The notes below the pieces were generated by a model that made no database searches, was not told where the DNA came from, and saw nothing but the letters and a program-made list of their open reading frames with translations. This document shows, one piece after another, positions 33,826 through 35,958 of a stretch of 35,958 nt of DNA. Positions within the stretch are counted from its first letter, which is position 1; each line of letters opens with the position of its first letter. A program made the position numbers and the translations under genes. The stretch is taken from contig JAZSIJ010000010.1 of assembly GCA_045533755.1 (NCBI GenBank), positions 1 through 35,958 of the forward strand. Reading direction: 5' to 3'. The DNA is from Eubacteriales bacterium (GTDB taxonomy: Bacteria > Bacillota > Clostridia > Oscillospirales > CAG-272).

Positions 33826-35103
33826 TTATGCCTTCTCGGTCTTGACGGCTCTTGCGCTGACCTTGCCCTCGGGCTTGATTTCTCCCGCAGCCTCGAGTGC
33901 CTTCTTCGTCATAAACGGGCCTACTATCTCGTAAACGAGAACGGCAAAGAGAGTGATGTTAAGCACAAGCTCTCCCCCGCCGAGAACGGCGTTTGCATCG
34001 TTAGCCATACCGAGCGCGACACCCGCCTGGGGAAGAAGAGTGATGCCGAGATATTTCACGATATTGGGCTCACACCCCGTCATTTTAGCGCTAGAGAATG
34101 CGCCGAGCATTTTTCCCGCAGAGCGCGATAGTATGTAAACTACTCCGATAAGGACGATTATCCAGCTTGAGAATACCTCGAGATTCAGCTCCGCGCCGCT
34201 GAGCACGAAGAAAAGCACGAGAAGCGGAGCGCTCCACCTATCCACCCTCTCCATAAGCTCCTCGGAGAAATCGCAGATGTTGCAGAACACCGTTCCGAGC
34301 ATCATACAGGTGAGAAGCGAGGAAAATACGAGCGTGACACCCTCCATAATCGGAATCTCAATCTTCGAGAGTGCGACGGTAAGAAGCACGAAGGTAACCG
34401 AAACCGCCATACGCTTTGAGCGAGAGTGGAAGACTCGCTCGGTGAGGTTGAAGAGAAATCCCATAAGAGCGCCGAGGGCGAGTGAGGCAACTACCTCAAG
34501 TATAGGCTCAACCACCACAGAGAGAATATTTATGCCTTCCGATTCGAGACTTCGCGCAACTCCGAAGGAGATAGCGAAAAGCACGAGTCCCACCGCATCG
34601 TCGAGTGCAACCACGGGAAGGAGCATCGAGGTTACGGGGCCCTTTGCCTTGTACTGCTTAACTACCATAAGAGTAGCGGCAGGCGCGGTAGCCGCGGCAA
34701 TAGCTCCGAGAGTTATCGCTACGGGAAGCGAAAGCACCTTCGGCATAGCGAAGTGAAGCCCTATGAGCACGGCGTCGACGAGAAGCGTCGTGACCACAGC
34801 CTGAAGGATACCGATGACCATAGCCTGCCTTCCTATCTTTTTGAGCTGTGACACGCGGAATTCGTTACCTATGGCAAAGGCGATAAAGCCGAGAGCCATA
34901 TCGCATATAAGCGAATAATTCTCGACTGACTCGAGCGAGGTAAAGCCTATTCCCTCGATTCCAAGACGCCCGAGAACGAACGGGCCGACTAAAATTCCCG
35001 CAACGAGATACGCCGTAACCGCGGGGAGCTTCAAGAGCTTTGCAAGTCGGGATAAGAGAAGTCCCGCCAAAAGACAGACAGAAAGCGAAAGTAAAATTTC
35101 CAT
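33826..35103 (-). CDS. Cation:proton antiporter (Na+/H+ exchanger family)
   Basis: LPAVTAYLVAGILVGP, ATAPAAT, VALDDA and LLPQAGVALG motifs. Confidence 0.9.
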   Translation of the reverse strand: MEILLSLSVCLLAGLLLSRLAKLLKLPAVTAYLVAGILVGPFVLGRLGIEGIGFTSLESVENYSLICDMALGFIAFAIGNEFRVSQLKKIGRQAMVIGILQAVVTTLLVDAVLIGLHFAMPKVLSLPVAITLGAIAAATAPAATLMVVKQYKAKGPVTSMLLPVVALDDAVGLVLFAISFGVARSLESEGINILSVVVEPILEVVASLALGALMGFLFNLTERVFHSRSKRMAVSVTFVLLTVALSKIEIPIMEGVTLVFSSLLTCMMLGTVFCNICDFSEELMERVDRWSAPLLVLFFVLSGAELNLEVFSSWIIVLIGVVYILSRSAGKMLGAFSSAKMTGCEPNIVKYLGITLLPQAGVALGMANDANAVLGGGELVLNITLFAVLVYEIVGPFMTKKALEAAGEIKPEGKVSARAVKTEKA

Positions 35104-35251
35104 AGCAGCCTCCTTGACGCCACTTGGCGTCTTATGATAAAAGTCCCAAAAAAATCCCGGCCGAGAGCCTGCCCGACCGGTAAGTTCTTTATTAACGCTA
35201 ATGATTATAGCACCAAATTCTTAATTTGTAAATAGCTTTTTGAAAATATTT

Positions 35252-35716
35252 TCAATATTTTTCCTTCATCTGTCGCTCGATAATGCGGTCTGCATCGCGC
35301 TTTGCGGCGGTTTCGCGCTTGTCGTAGAGCTTCTTACCCTTGCATAGCCCGACCGCGCATTTTACGTACGAGCCCTTGAAATAAAGCGAAAGCGGCACGA
35401 GGGTGTAGCCCTCGCGCGAAACGAGTCCCGTCAGCTTCATTATCTCGCGCTTGTGCATAAGGAGCTTTTTCGGGCGGAGGGGCTCGCGGTTGAAGATATT
35501 ACCCTTTTCGTATGGGCTGATATGTACGCCGAGGGCAAACATCTCGCCCCCGTCTATCTCGCAGTAGGAGTCCTTCAGGTTACAGCCGCCCGCGCGGAGC
35601 GACTTGACCTCTGTGCCGAAGAGCTCGACGCCCGCCTCGTAGGTTTCCTCGACGAAATAGTCGTGGCGCGCCTTTCTGTTATCGGCTATTATTTTAGTTG
35701 CGCTCTTCTCTGCCAT
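35252..35716 (-). CDS. smpB: SsrA-binding protein SmpB
   Basis: NRKARHDYF, EAG.EL.GTEVKSLR, KLLMHKREI and GKKLYDKRE motifs. Confidence 0.97.
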   Translation of the reverse strand: MAEKSATKIIADNRKARHDYFVEETYEAGVELFGTEVKSLRAGGCNLKDSYCEIDGGEMFALGVHISPYEKGNIFNREPLRPKKLLMHKREIMKLTGLVSREGYTLVPLSLYFKGSYVKCAVGLCKGKKLYDKRETAAKRDADRIIERQMKEKY

Positions 35717-35741
35717 CGTGCGCTCCTTTCGTTTTTAAGAC

Positions 35742-35813
35742 TTGGCAAGAGTGATAAGTGCCGAAAGCGCTGAAAATTCAGCCTTTAGAGCGAGTTCGGA
35801 TTACTCTTGTTAA
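35742..35813. repeat. Dispersed hairpin repeat (REP/MITE-like), copy 2, in the smpB leader
   Basis: Near-identical to 15281-15356; lies between the smpB promoter (35822-35850, minus strand) and its RBS. Confidence 0.8.
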
Positions 35814-35854
35814 CCTAAGATATTTTAGCACAAATCGAGAAGAAAATCAACCGT

Positions 35855-35958
35855 TTAGTCAATAAAATCCGAAATCAGCTCAAGAAGCTTGAATTTCACC
35901 CTGTATTTTCCGCCCGAAATCAAGGAAAGCTCCTCGTCGGTGTAGCCCGACACCCAGT
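35855..35958 (-). CDS. 3' end of a gene running off the window (unidentified)
   Basis: Open frame ...WVSGYTDEELSLISGGKYRVKFKLLELISDFID* with host-like codons. Confidence 0.45.
   Translation of the reverse strand, partial: WVSGYTDEELSLISGGKYRVKFKLLELISDFID

Noticed and set aside
35104-35958. tmRNA (ssrA) beside smpB
   Set aside because: No GGGG...CCACCA tRNA-like ends or tag reading frame found in the flanks

Overview
Window from a Bacillota (Clostridia-like) chromosome with four parts. (1) At 1128-12836 is a compact, co-oriented podovirus-like head/short-tail operon: small and large terminase, portal, scaffold, decoration protein, major capsid, adaptor, a nozzle with a BspA-LRR insert, and three membrane proteins. 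It has host-like codon usage and no integrase, replication, tape-measure or lysin gene. It is a candidate domesticated prophage or gene transfer agent, and its large terminase has one in-frame TAG at a conserved Trp position. (2) A DinG/Rad3-family helicase and structured repeats follow. (3) At 16049-23538 is an AT-rich ~7.5 kb integrative element inserted by a large serine recombinase into the 3' end of tRNA-Glu; attP and attB can be rebuilt by hand, and excision would lengthen the recombinase C-terminus. It carries a complete IS110 (21127-22874) whose circle junction forms a consensus promoter and whose non-coding end appears to hold two target-binding loops plus one donor-binding loop. (4) The rest is housekeeping: tRNA-Met/tRNA-Glu, a three-gene polysaccharide unit, a MATE pump, RNase III with two dsRBDs, hpf, a lipoprotein, a cation:proton antiporter and smpB. 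All calls come from motif reading by eye; no searches were run.
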